Assembly (NCBI RefSeq): GCF_006345805.1 | Contig: NC_043010.1 | Span: forward strand, 30,132,001 to 30,196,000 | DNA from: Octopus sinensis | Lineage: Eukaryota | Direction of reading: 5' to 3' | DNA: 64,000 bases | Shown: in pieces, positions 12,880 through 24,294 of the stretch | Layout of the letters: each line of letters starts with the position of its first letter | Numbering within the stretch: the first letter of the stretch is position 1 | The notes under the pieces: model-generated | Told to the model about the DNA's origin: nothing | Databases searched by the model: none | What the model saw: only the letters and a program-made list of their open reading frames with translations | Made by a program: the position numbers and the translations under genes

Positions 12880-13925
12880 TATGCGGTGGTGGAGCGATAG
12901 AGTGGTTGTATACTGTCAACTTAACGTGACAGTCCCGTAAGGGAATTACACCACCGCTATTTAGCCCTAGGAAGCATCGACGCTTCCTGTGGCCTTGACA
13001 CATTTCCAGTGTCCTTATATATTTACGAAGGGGAGACAAACACCCCTAGCTGTTGGGACATCTCCAGATATTCTGCATAAAAGGTGAACAGGTGTGGTCG
13101 CCGTTTGTCGAACAGGCCTTTCCCCAGCTCGTCTCCTTGACTGAGCTGCACTCGTACGTCAAGAAGAGACCCTGACAAGGTGACTGGCGTCTGGAATGTT
13201 GCCAGGCACTCGAGGCCCTCGACTAGACGGACCTGCCCGAGATGCGTGCAGAGCGACGAAACTGTTCTGCACGCACTCGTCTAGTGTCCATGCATTACAG
13301 ACTTGTGGAGTTATGTTGAACAGTTGTTGTCGCGTATAGGACGGATCCGGCTATCAGCCGAGTCCATGGAGAAGTTTGGCCCACCGCCTTCCTTTAGCCA
13401 GGAAGGGCAGGCAATCTTCCTCTGGCTGGTAGAAGTAGCAAAAAAGGTTGTGTTGTGGACCAGATTGAAAGGACTGAAGACAGACACTTTTCTCTTCGGC
13501 CAATTCCTCATCAACTTTTTCAATTTTCACTTGAAAAGGAAGATGATGTTGGAGAGAGAAGTGATGCCCCCCCCCCGCCTAGTACTTTTGCTGAAAGGTG
13601 GGTTAATGTAACGAAAGTGGCCCGCGTGTGTGGACCTATCCAATAATGCGCCTGTAGGCTGGTGAATTTGAGGAAAGGTATACCCTTCCCGAGCACCCTC
13701 GAAGCGTCGGGTGGTTCAGGATTGGTGGGGTACATGAGCCAACTTTGAGTGGTCATCCCCCAAATTGAGGAAATCTCATTGTTATATTTTTCTTGTTTAA
13801 TGTTTATTGTTATTGTTTTCTTAACTGTTTGCTCGTTGTTTTGTGTAAAACCTCCACTGTCCTCGTCTACTGTATTGTCCCCTGTATGTCGGCCTTAGTG
13901 GCCAATAATTGAAATAATAATAATT
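12880..13925 (+). mobile_element. Tx1/L1-clade LINE remnant (3' end of ORF2 + 3' UTR), (TAA)n tail
   Basis: ORF 13303-13611 is homologous to 27366-27660 (WSYVEQLLSRIGRIRLSAES); ends ggccaataa like the full-length copy. Confidence 0.8.
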
Positions 13926-13948
13926 ATTATTGTTATTGTTGTTTTTAG

Positions 13949-14044
13949 AACAAGAATGCAGCAGCAACGAGGACGAGGTGATCATTAATGGGGACACGGC
14001 TCTTACATCGGAAATGTTTTTAATTGCAAACGTTACTACACGAG
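13949..14044 (+). CDS. Candidate host-gene exon (phase 1-1)
   Basis: ttgtttttag acceptor, gag/gtaagt donor, 96 nt open: QECSSNEDEVIINGDTALTSEMFLIANVTTR. Confidence 0.45.
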
Positions 14045-14727
14045 GTAAGTAATGTTATTATACCTATTTTATTTCCCCACATTCAGTGGTTGCAGCCAGA
14101 TACCTTCCTTGTTATAACAAACATAATTCTTAGTCATGTGAAGTCTGGACACGACTACAACTGTTTGACAAGCACACTAAGAATAAGTAAAAGTTATTAT
14201 CAATCTGTAAAATTACCTCGAAAGCTTGTAATACAATTCTTCCCTAGAGACCAGAATGGTGGTATTAAACAGGGCCACGGATTACGCCTACCACATAATT
14301 TTAGATTGGGTCCTCTTACAGTTTATATCCAACAAATTCCTCACAGAACTCTCTGGTCGATCCGATTCTCTTGTAACAGATATTTATACATCCAAGGTGC
14401 CGCGTACTGGGATCGAAGCGGAACTATGTAATTGCAAAGCAAACTACTTAATCACACATCCATACCTACACCCATTTTATTCATTTGACACTATTTTTCG
14501 ATAGAAAATGACTTGAGCGGCTTCATGATCTCATGAAATATTATAGTTCATGCAATCCATGGCTGTTACTAGTGAGACATTTGTTCACAATCGTATGGAC
14601 ATCAATTATGCAGTAACTGACGAATATACAAAAATCATAACGAGTCATTTACTGATATCTCCTTTTTGCCCTCCATCACTTCGAATTTGTTTTTTAGCTA
14701 GATTTTAATGTTCCCTGTATACAAGGT

Positions 14728-15090
14728 GGCCACAAAGTCACGCACCATGGGAGATATCAAGTATGCTTTATTAGCAATGAAGTAGGTAATCCATTACAAA
14801 TATTCAAAGTGTTGTCCATGTAGCTCTAAACAAGTGTTCATGCGGAATTTGAAATTGCAACGGACCCTCTCAAATAGCTCTTCATTGCCGTTCACACGCT
14901 TCAATAATTCTTTGAAGAAGATGTCCTTGGTCACGAATCTTTTCAGAAAACACAAGGGGTGTAATGTAGCACCAGAAGAAAAGTCCATGGGAGCTAAATT
15001 TCGTGACCGTGGTACCTATTCAATTGGCCCGCAATTGATGCCTAACCCATCTTGGAAAATATTCATTCAGAAATTCTCGAATCTGTAATA
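14728..15090 (-). mobile_element. Tc1/mariner DNA transposon remnant
   Basis: TIR-like tatacaaggtggccacaaagtc; minus-strand peptide RVRCNFKFRMNTCLELHGQHFEYL resembles Tc1/mariner transposase C-termini. Confidence 0.55.
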
Positions 15091-15103
15091 GGATTTCTTC
15101 TTC

Positions 15104-15161
15104 TTGGGGAAATTTCGACCCTGGGTTCTCATTCCTAAGGTTCGATGTTATATTATTATTA

Positions 15162-15223
<62 letters not shown>

Positions 15224-15367
15224 TCACTGCCTGAAATCGAACTCAGAATCTTGGGGCCCGCGCTCTTGAAGCCCGCGCTCTTAACCGCTCTTGAAGCCCG
15301 CGCTCTTAACCGCTCTTGAAGCCCGCGCTCTTAACCCAAAGATTCCGAGTTCGATTTCAGGCAGTGA

Positions 15368-15438
<71 letters not shown>

Positions 15439-15620
15439 TAACAATAATAATAATAACAATAATAATAATAATAATAACATCGAAAAATACCTTAGGAATG
15501 AAAACCCAGGTTCGAAATTTCCCCAAGACACCTGATGAAGGCTGGAGGGTATATCAGCCGAAACGTATTGTTAACAACAGACAAGATGAGGACAAATATC
15601 CATCAAATGTAAATAATGTA
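15104..15620. mobile_element. Head-to-head pair of tRNA-like-head + (TAA)n + PLE-pseudo-LTR elements
   Basis: Arms are mirrored around three 25-bp repeats (15262-15336); the right arm carries an HHR. Confidence 0.75.
15527..15572 (+). ncRNA. Minimal type I hammerhead ribozyme motif
   Basis: gacac CTGATGA a ggctg gagggtatat cagcc GAAAC GTA ttgtt; one stem I mismatch. Confidence 0.65.
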
Positions 15621-18580
15621 AGAGTTAGTATAAGTTGTCAACTTTTCAAACTGGTCGGCTACACACACCACAAATTTGTGATCTGTACGTTCGACCTAGA
15701 TAGGTTTCGAAGTCAGGGACTCGATTACTGGAAGCTGAAAGCATCACTGCCGGCGTGTCAAGCTTACAGAAGTTGGATTAGAGAATTAATCAAGAGTGCA
15801 TCGAAGGGAGCAATTGTCAGCAACAGATGGTGGTTTACTCTGAAAGGGGCAATTAGAGTAGCATCAGTTAAGTTTTGTAAGGCATTCGTGATAGAAAAGA
15901 ACAAACTGAAAGGGAATAAGTTAATAACTTAGATGAAGCGCTTAGGAAAGGCATTACAACCGACGTGTTGGCTGCGAAATTGGCTCTGGATCAATTTTTC
16001 AACGCTAAACACGAAGGTTGCCTTGTCAGAGCTAAGGTGCGTGCTTTTAAACAAGAAGAAACAAAAGCCGCTCGATGGACCCAGTGGCAGAGGCGCAAAC
16101 TTCACAACAAAACCACAATTCGGTCTTTGATGGACCAAAATGGGCGGATGATACTCGAGCTCAAATAGATGTGTGCGGCATTTCAGCAGCACTTCACCCA
16201 ACTGTTTTGCACGAACGAGAGTCCGAAACGCAGGATGGAATTCAGTGCCTTCCTCGAAGGTATGCCACGACACTCGAAAAGTGGGGTGGAGTGTTGCGAA
16301 ATGCAGATAACAGCCGTGGAAATACGGGATACGATGACGGGTTGCACGGTGGTGGTGGTGGGGAACAAATTGCCTGGTTTGGGTGGTCTGCCCTATGAGA
16401 TTTACTTTTATATGTCAGATGTGTTTGGTGACGTTTTGGCAGATATATACCGCAACTGGCAGTAGAAAGGGAGAATTCCTGATTCCGTGAGTCGAAGAGA
16501 AAGGATCCTAACAAGGGGTATCCAATAAAATATTTTAAGCCCATTTCGCTGCTGAACGCAGACTTCGAAATTTTGGCCAAGAGGTCATCAAAAGGGTTGG
16601 CGCTTGTCATCGAGGAACGGATGAGTGATGCACAAACATGCGCAATCACGAGGAGATCCATTCACGACAACCTCATAGACAGAGTGGGTAAGTAATCTAG
16701 CATGATTGAAGCCCTGATGAATTTGGATCGATTTAAAGCTTTCGATAGGATCGACCACTAATACTTGGTGGCCGTTCTCAGAGCAGCCGGTTTCGGTCTC
16801 GTTTTCCTTGACTGAGTCGCTGCAATGTAGTTCATGTGAATGGTAATTCGATATTTTGGTAGTTCGGATGAATGGTTACCTACCGGAACCATTCAACATC
16901 ATGCCTTCGGTCCGTCAAGGGTGTCCCCTGTCGTCTCATTTGTATGTAATGACTCTTGAGCCATTACTGTGGAAATTGGAGGCGATGAGAGGCATCCCTC
17001 GGGAACAAGGACGTGGGGAATCGTGTCAATGACATCACTGTCATAGTGTTGAACAGCAGACACATAAACCTAGTTGGCACTGCTCTAAAAGCATACGAGG
17101 TGGTCACACGAGTAAAAATTAACCAAGAAAAGTCAGTGGGCCTGCAGCTCCGTATCTGGAAAGGCAGGTCCATGCCAGCCAGTTACGTCGCGGTACGCCG
17201 GACGGAGGGATCGGTTAAATTGCTCGGGGTTTGGTCCAGATCTCCAAGTAGAGAAGACTGGAACGAAGTGATGAGCAGGGTGGCCAATCTCACCCGAAAA
17301 TAGGCTGAGCGAAAGCTATACTTGAAAGCTATCGGGCAGTGGTGGCGAATGCATACATCGTCTCCGTCAATATTATCACCTGGCCGTCATACCTTGTTTC
17401 AGTTCACGTTTGACCAAACTGGAATTTATAATTTTCCATTTTCCGTGGAAGGGACGTGTTCCACATTTTAGGTCTTCCATTTCCTCCAGTTCAACACTCA
17501 CTGAATGGACGGTTGTGTATGCCGTGGTTACCGATGCGCAGACATGCACTGAGGTTGCGACATCTCCAGTTCTTCCTGGAGGGTGAGCAGGTGTGATCAC
17601 CATTTGTCAGACACGATTTTCCACAGCTTATCTGGTTGTCTGAGTTGCAGTCCTAGATTAAGCGCATACCGAGGCGGAGCTCCTGTCACTGAGAGAGATG
17701 TCAGGCGCGCAGTCCTTTGTCAGTCGATGCAGCCGATGGAAGTTCCACTCAGGCATTTTACATACGGTCAGTGGCGGGAAGGTGCGACGACGTTTTAGGG
17801 GAGACTCTGGGCGTCGATGAGAATGAGTTGGCTGGTCAGTTCCGAAGGACTTTCGGGCTGGGGCTCGTGGATTACTTCCAGAAATCCATGACCTAGCAGT
17901 GCTACCGGGACATATTGCTAGTTTGGGATAAACTCTACAGGCATGGAAGTGCCGTCAATCGGGCTTGACCGAGGTGCGCGCAGAGTGACGAAAATGTTCT
18001 GCAAGCTCGTCCATATCCCGAGCATTACTGACTTGTGGAGTTATATCGAACACCTGCTGTAGCGTGTAGGACGGATCCAGCTATCAAATGAATCAATCGT
18101 GAAGATTGCTGTGTCACCTTCCTTCGGCCAGGAAGGGCAAACAGTGTTACTTTGTTTGGTGGCCTTAACGAAAGAGGTTGTGTGGTGGATCTGGTTGAAA
18201 GGGCTGGAGACAGACACTTTCATCTTTGGCCAAGCCCTCATCAACTTTATCAAGTTTCACTTGAAAACGAAAGTGAGGGTAGAGAGGGAAGTGCTGCCTC
18301 GCAGCAACTTTGTTAAAAGTGGGTGAATGTAGAACGAATAGCCTGAGTCAACGAGCCAACTCTAAGCATGCGCCTCTTATCATGGGTAAATGAAGTGGAG
18401 AGGGTACTTGCCCTACAGGTTAGGACGATCGTGATTTCTGTGGGGTTTCCACGAGCAGCCCTTGGAAGTCTCCCTCTTTTGGGGATTAATTTATGATTTT
18501 TATTGTTATCTTTTTACACGATTTAATTCTGCTCTTTTTGTGTTGTGTTGTGCCGCCCCCGATCATGTGGTGAATAAGGA
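15621..18580 (+). pseudogene. Decayed Tx1/L1-clade ORF2 fragment + 3' UTR
   Basis: Collinear homology to 24960-27960 (GLDYWKLKASL, RSVRQGCPLS, VWWIWLKGLETD); many stops and frameshifts. Confidence 0.88.
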
Positions 18581-18586
18581 AAAGGT

Positions 18587-18671
18587 TCTTCTTCTTCTTC
18601 TTCTTCTTCTCTCTTCTTCTTCTTCTTCTTCTTCTTCTTCTTCTTCTTCTTCTTCTTCTTCTTCTCTTCTT

Positions 18672-18702
<31 letters not shown>

Positions 18703-18728
18703 TTATATTATTATTATTATTATTATAT
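18587..18728. repeat. (CTT)n followed by (TAT)n microsatellite
   Basis: Direct reading. Confidence 0.95.
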
Positions 18729-18729
18729 G

Positions 18730-20247
18730 TTTGACTTTTGCTTTATATTTGTACAAGTTGGCTCCAAGTCTCACCCAGAGACCTCAAGAGACAACAGGTT
18801 GGAAGTTCACGTTGTTGTTATGTCTAGTGTGCCATATATTTGGTTGTTTTTTGTGTTGTACTAGTGGATGTCTAAAAAAATGTTTGTTTTAAACCTTGAG
18901 ATTACATAGAAAGTATTTTGCGTTGGATATGAGCAGTTCCCATGAGCACTATCTTTTGAATTTCCGTCATTTTTGGGTTTCCTGGTATCTGAGTTAGATA
19001 GCAATCAGCCCCTTTTGCTATCATTCCCAGGGCACCTATGACAACAGGTATTGTTTTAGTCTTCAGGTTCCACATTTTGCTGATTTCTATTTCAAGATCT
19101 TTATATTTGCTCAGTTTTTGGTAGGTCTTGACAGATACGTTTATATCGATTGGGACAGTCATATCAATGAGGAGGCATGTTCTTTGTTTGAAGTCTTTCA
19201 ATATGATGTCTGGCCTATTTGCATCTATCTTTCTGTCAGTTTGAATGATGAAGTTCCAGAGGAGTGAGATGTGGTCATTTTCAAGCACTGGGGGTGGTTT
19301 GTGTTCCCACCAGTTTTTTTTCATGGGGCAAATCCAGGTTTTTGCAGATTACCCAGTGAATATATTGTGCAGCTCTATCATGCCTGTTGAGATACTCTGT
19401 AGGCGCTAGAAGACTGCACTTGGAGACCACATGATCAATAGTTTCATTTTGTTGGGCAACTGCTGTTCTTTAATATGTTGGCCTGGTAGTTCCTTGTTGG
19501 TAGGCATTGATCTTGAGCTGCTATGATAAATCCCTCTGTTTCAGATTTTAAGCCAAATTAAATTATTTTACAAATATATTTTATCAGTGAAAACACTTAT
19601 GTCTATTAGTCTACAAGTATTTTATTCCTTGTCTTTAATGACTATGTCTGGTCGATTATCTGTCGGTGTTGACTGGAAAATCCCAGAGGATAGTGACATT
19701 TTTACCTTCAACGACTGGCTCAGGACGATGTTCATATCAGTAAGCAGAAGTGCTGATTTTGTAGTGTTTACGTATTTTCCAATGTAGATACTGTCCTATC
19801 CTATCATGGCGATTTTTGTATTCGTTTGGTGTCAGCGCAGGACATCCCGAGACGAGATGGTCTATTGTTTCATCAAATTTATCGCAGAATTTGCATTTAG
19901 GGTCAGAACCATTTTGAAGAACGTTAACCTGGTAGTTGTTGGTAAGGAAGCTCTGATCTTGTACCACCGATATAAAACTTTCAGTTTCTGCTTTCAGTCC
20001 TGAGCTTCTCAGCCACTGATGGGTTGTTGCTTGGTCTACATCAGCATTTCGGTTTCGAAGAATATACTGTTCATGCTGAGGCTTCTGGCTCCAGTGCTTC
20101 TCAATTTGTTTCTGCCCATTCTTTTTTGCAGCCTGTTTGATCCATCTTGCTTTTAACGTGGCAGTGGATTCAAGGTTCTTCATCTAATTCAGAGTTAATG
20201 CCAAGTTCCCTTGCGAATTTGCAAGTTTCCTTGACAATGGAGTGATT

Positions 20248-20250
<3 letters not shown>
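18730..20250 (-). pseudogene. R4/Dong-type RLE non-LTR retrotransposon 3' fragment
   Basis: CCHC knuckle CKFCDKFDETIDHLVSGC; RLE motif RPDIILKD..LLIDMTVP..KLSKYKDL; 3' end runs into (TAA)n. Confidence 0.88.
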
Positions 20251-20299
<49 letters not shown>

Positions 20300-20303
<4 letters not shown>

Positions 20304-20840
20304 ATCATCATTATTATCATTTATGGGTTTTTCTTCTTTCAAATTTGCTTCCATTTCTTGCCGGGTGTCTTCCCGACTCCTAGGGCAAAGAAACTCATAG
20401 TATACATTGGTAGGCCATTAAACTAAACTCACTAGTTCGTTCATTTTTTTTTATAGAAATAAAGTTAAATTAAAAATACATGGGTAGTAATAGTTCTCAC
20501 ATCGACAATACTCTTCTCAATACGTGTGATGTACCAGTTAAGACAATCTTTTGCACTTCTTGCAGGGATGGTAAACCAGGGATCATTGTCATATAATTTT
20601 CGGTTCCCTTCTTGATCATTCCTAGTGCTCCTACGATCACTGGTATTGTAACCGCCTCAATTTCAGTGAGCAGGTCTTTATATTTTCTGAGCTTGTCAAA
20701 TTCCTTCGCCGAGATATTATGATCACAAGAGATGCTCATGTCGATCAATAAGCAAACTTTATTGTTTTGGTCTTTCACAACAATATCCGGTTTATTGGCT
20801 TTGATGGTTCGGTCTGTATGTACTGGAAAGTCCCACAGAA
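20300..20840 (-). pseudogene. Second R4/Dong-type RLE-domain fragment
   Basis: ILWDFPVHTDRTIKANKPDIVVKD..LIDMSI..KLRKYKDL..GTSHVLRRVLSM; flanked by ATC/ATT repeats. Confidence 0.85.
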
Positions 20841-21128
20841 TCGTTACATTTTCTCCTTCAGTTATTATTATTATTATCATTATTATTATTATTATTATCA
20901 TCATCATCATCATCATCATCATCATTATTATTATCATTATTATTATCATTATTATTATTATTATCATCATTATCATTATTATTATTATTATTATTGTTAT
21001 TATTATTATTATCATTATTATTATTATTATTATTATCATCATCATCATCATCATCATCATTATTATTATCATTATTATTATCATTATTATTATTATTATC
21101 ATCATTATCATTATTATTATTATTATTA

Positions 21129-21204
<76 letters not shown>

Positions 21205-21207
<3 letters not shown>

Positions 21208-21570
21208 TAGTCTTATTTTTTTCACTTGCTTTCACTGCACCACCGAGCGCAGCTCTGTGTGCCTTAGTTATGTGCTGTGGTTTGTTGTGATGCTCTTATT
21301 TTTACTGTATTGAGAGTGCTTTACGTAGAAAGTGTACGGTGCCTAGTAGTGTTATTTTCTCTATGTTATACATATTTGTTAGTCCTGGTGTTTTTGTTAT
21401 GCATTTGCCTGAATAATTTTTGATCATACCTTATGTTTCCGTTTCTGTTTTTAGACGACACATTCAAGTTACCTCTATTTTCAGGTCTTTGTATTTTGAA
21501 AGTTTCTCCATTTCTTTTAAAGAAATGTAAATAGTAAATGATGACTGAGAAACATGTCATCTGTTGGTAT
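21205..21570 (-). mobile_element. Decayed copy of a short R4/Dong-derived element
   Basis: 3' UTR (gcgcagctctgtg..cctt) is homologous to 21690-21860. Confidence 0.65.
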
Positions 21571-21610
21571 TGATACATCGATTAGAAAACATTTTTTCTT
21601 GATGATCTTA

Positions 21611-21689
<79 letters not shown>

Positions 21690-21695
<6 letters not shown>

Positions 21696-22295
21696 TAGTA
21701 TATATTTTATATCGTGCTTTCACTTCACTACCCAGCGCAGCTCTGTGCGCCTTGGGTATGTGTTGTGATTTGTTGTGATGCTCTGATGGTTATTGTATGG
21801 AAAGTGTTCTGCGTAGGATGTGTGCAGTGCCTAGTAGTGCAATTTTCTGTATGTTATATGTGTTTGTAAGTCCTGGTGTTTTTGTTATGTATTTGTCTGA
21901 ATATTTTTTAATTTTCTTTACATCGTTTTTGTTGGAAATGTTACATTTGTCTTCGTGTTTTACTGTTTCAGTGTTTATATTATTTGGCATTGTTGTGTGG
22001 CTTCTATCTATATTTCCCTGATGTATTTTTCTTTTAAATGTTCTATTTCTATTTCTGATATTTTTTTGTGTTGAGAATATATCTCCGTAATATTTGCTAG
22101 TTTATTAGGGTTCATTGTTGTATCTAGGTCTTTATTTATGCTATTTTTCTTCCATATTTTGTATGTATGTGTTGTTGTATTTTCATTCTTTGGGTAGAGC
22201 ACTGCTGTAAAGTAAGCGTGTAGGATAGAAATGTATTCCTCACGTGTCCATTTATGTCTTTTGGGTTTTATTTGCGGGACATGAGGAACTTTCAT
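21690..22295 (-). mobile_element. Internally deleted R4/Dong-derived non-autonomous element
   Basis: N-terminal-like KRHKWTREEYISILHAY joined within about 300 bp to C-terminal IQKIALLGTAHILRRTLSIQ and the 3' UTR; (TAA)n tail. Confidence 0.7.
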
Positions 22296-22309
22296 TTAAA
22301 ATTTTAAAT

Positions 22310-23406
22310 ATGGCTTCGAAGAGAACTGGCTGTTCTCTTCTTCAAGCTTCACCCCCATTACACGAAAGAGTTTCGTTGAAGGCTCCAAACAGCCCATTTC
22401 ATGTCTTAAAAGGCAAAGAAGGTGTTTCGAAGGAACGTGCCAGCGCGTGCAATGTTCCAAATAAGACTGTAAACGAAGACGTCATTTGTGACGTCTTCGA
22501 AAATTTTCCTCCTCTTCCCGCTACCCATGTCCCAGTACTAGAGAAGCACGGAAGAAGGAGCGTTCCAAAAAGAAAGAACGACGATGGCGTTAAACTTGAC
22601 GTCAACGAAGAATTTCCTTCCACCAGTGCAACAGCACTGGAAAAAGAAGCAAAGGAAAGGACCAACAACCACACTGACATCACCAACAGCAACGACACAA
22701 AAAGCCACTATAATAATAATTTTGCTTCTATCACGAAACAAAATACAGAAAAAATTGAAATTTCATTTGATGAAATAAAATCTGCGAAGGAGTTGTTGAG
22801 AAAAGAGGGGAACAGTGTCCTCCTCAATACACCTCAACAACTCATAAATGAAACAAAAAAAAAGACTGTGATTTATAAAGTTTTCGACAAGAAAAACAAA
22901 AGAATTACAAAGAGATGGCTCTTAAACCCATATGGGACAAAAAGAGCTATGTCACAAGAGGGAAGCGTTACTGACGTGGAGGTTCGCTTCCCAACGGAAG
23001 ACGATGCAAGGGCACATGCCATTTCGCCCTTGCAAAATGAAAATTTATTTCTGGCCCCATCATATCTTGGGAGGAAAGCACAAAAAATAAAAATTGACAT
23101 AGTACCACCCGAACTGAGTATATCATGGCTGGTGGCGGCTGTCCTCTATGACATAGAGGACACTGTCACTATTCTAGATCTTCAAAGGGTAAAAGAGAAC
23201 TGGTCAGGTATGGGTATTGAACTGCTGGTACATATCCAGCAGGAAAACATTAATGCCATACCTGACTCAGTTATTTTACTAGATGGAACCAGGCTGCACG
23301 TTGCTGTGGAGGGACGAAAGCCAAAATGTTACCTCTGCAGCAGCGAAAGCCACCTAAAGAGGGACTGCCCCATTCACAAAAAAAAGAATGGAGGCAAACG
23401 TCAAGA

Positions 23407-23444
<38 letters not shown>

Positions 23445-23593
23445 CAACAACGACAATAGAAACAACAACAGCACGAAACACCAAAGGCTGCCACACCACC
23501 AACACCATCACCACCACCAAGACGAACGACACCACCTCCAACAACAACCACCAAACCAACACCAACCCCAGCACCAAGAAAAACGACAACTAA
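22310..23593 (+). CDS. Tx1-type ORF1 (zinc-knuckle nucleic-acid-binding protein); probably continues after frameshifts to about 24251
   Basis: Starts MASKRTG; contains CYLCSSESHLKRDC followed by an Ala/Thr low-complexity tract. Confidence 0.75.
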
Positions 23594-23855
23594 AAAACCA
23601 GTAGAAACACCAACACCGTCATCATCACCAATAGACACAGCAACAACACCGCTAACAACAGAACCAACAGAAATCTTTCGCCCTGCTGATGAAGCAGATC
23701 CATCAGCCATTCCCTTTCCGGATCAAGATTGCTCGGATTGTGCGAGCACTGATACCGAGAAAGGGGAGTGGAACACAGTGCCTCCAAAAAAGAAAAGGAG
23801 GAGAAAACAAAAGGACACACAGGGGAAGCACGAACAAATAGTGCTTCCCAACACC

Positions 23856-23887
<32 letters not shown>

Positions 23888-24294
23888 CAACACACACTCA
23901 CAACAACAAACAACAACAACACTTTCGACACCACTACTGCCACTTCCACATACACCAACACACACAGACACAATTACATCAATAAACACAAATAATGAAA
24001 AACTAGTTGCGTACCTAAAAGACAAAACTAGTACAAATATAACAGATTTCGTTATACCAACACACAACACACCACCAGCACACATTCTCACAATAAAAAT
24101 AAACGCAACAACATACAATGAAATAAAACAAATATTCCCTAACGATGTGGGATCGCTAGGGAAAAGTTTCTCAAAGAAACTATATAAAAATATTGTGGAA
24201 GCACCCGTGCAAAAGCACAAGGGAGCCACCCCCACCAACAACAGTAAGTAGAGCCTTTTTTCTCCTTTTCTTTTTTTCTTTCCACCTTTGAAAC

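Noticed and set aside
15262-15336. Three 25-bp direct repeats as a CRISPR-like array
   Set aside because: No spacers, eukaryotic context; slippage duplication at a SINE junction
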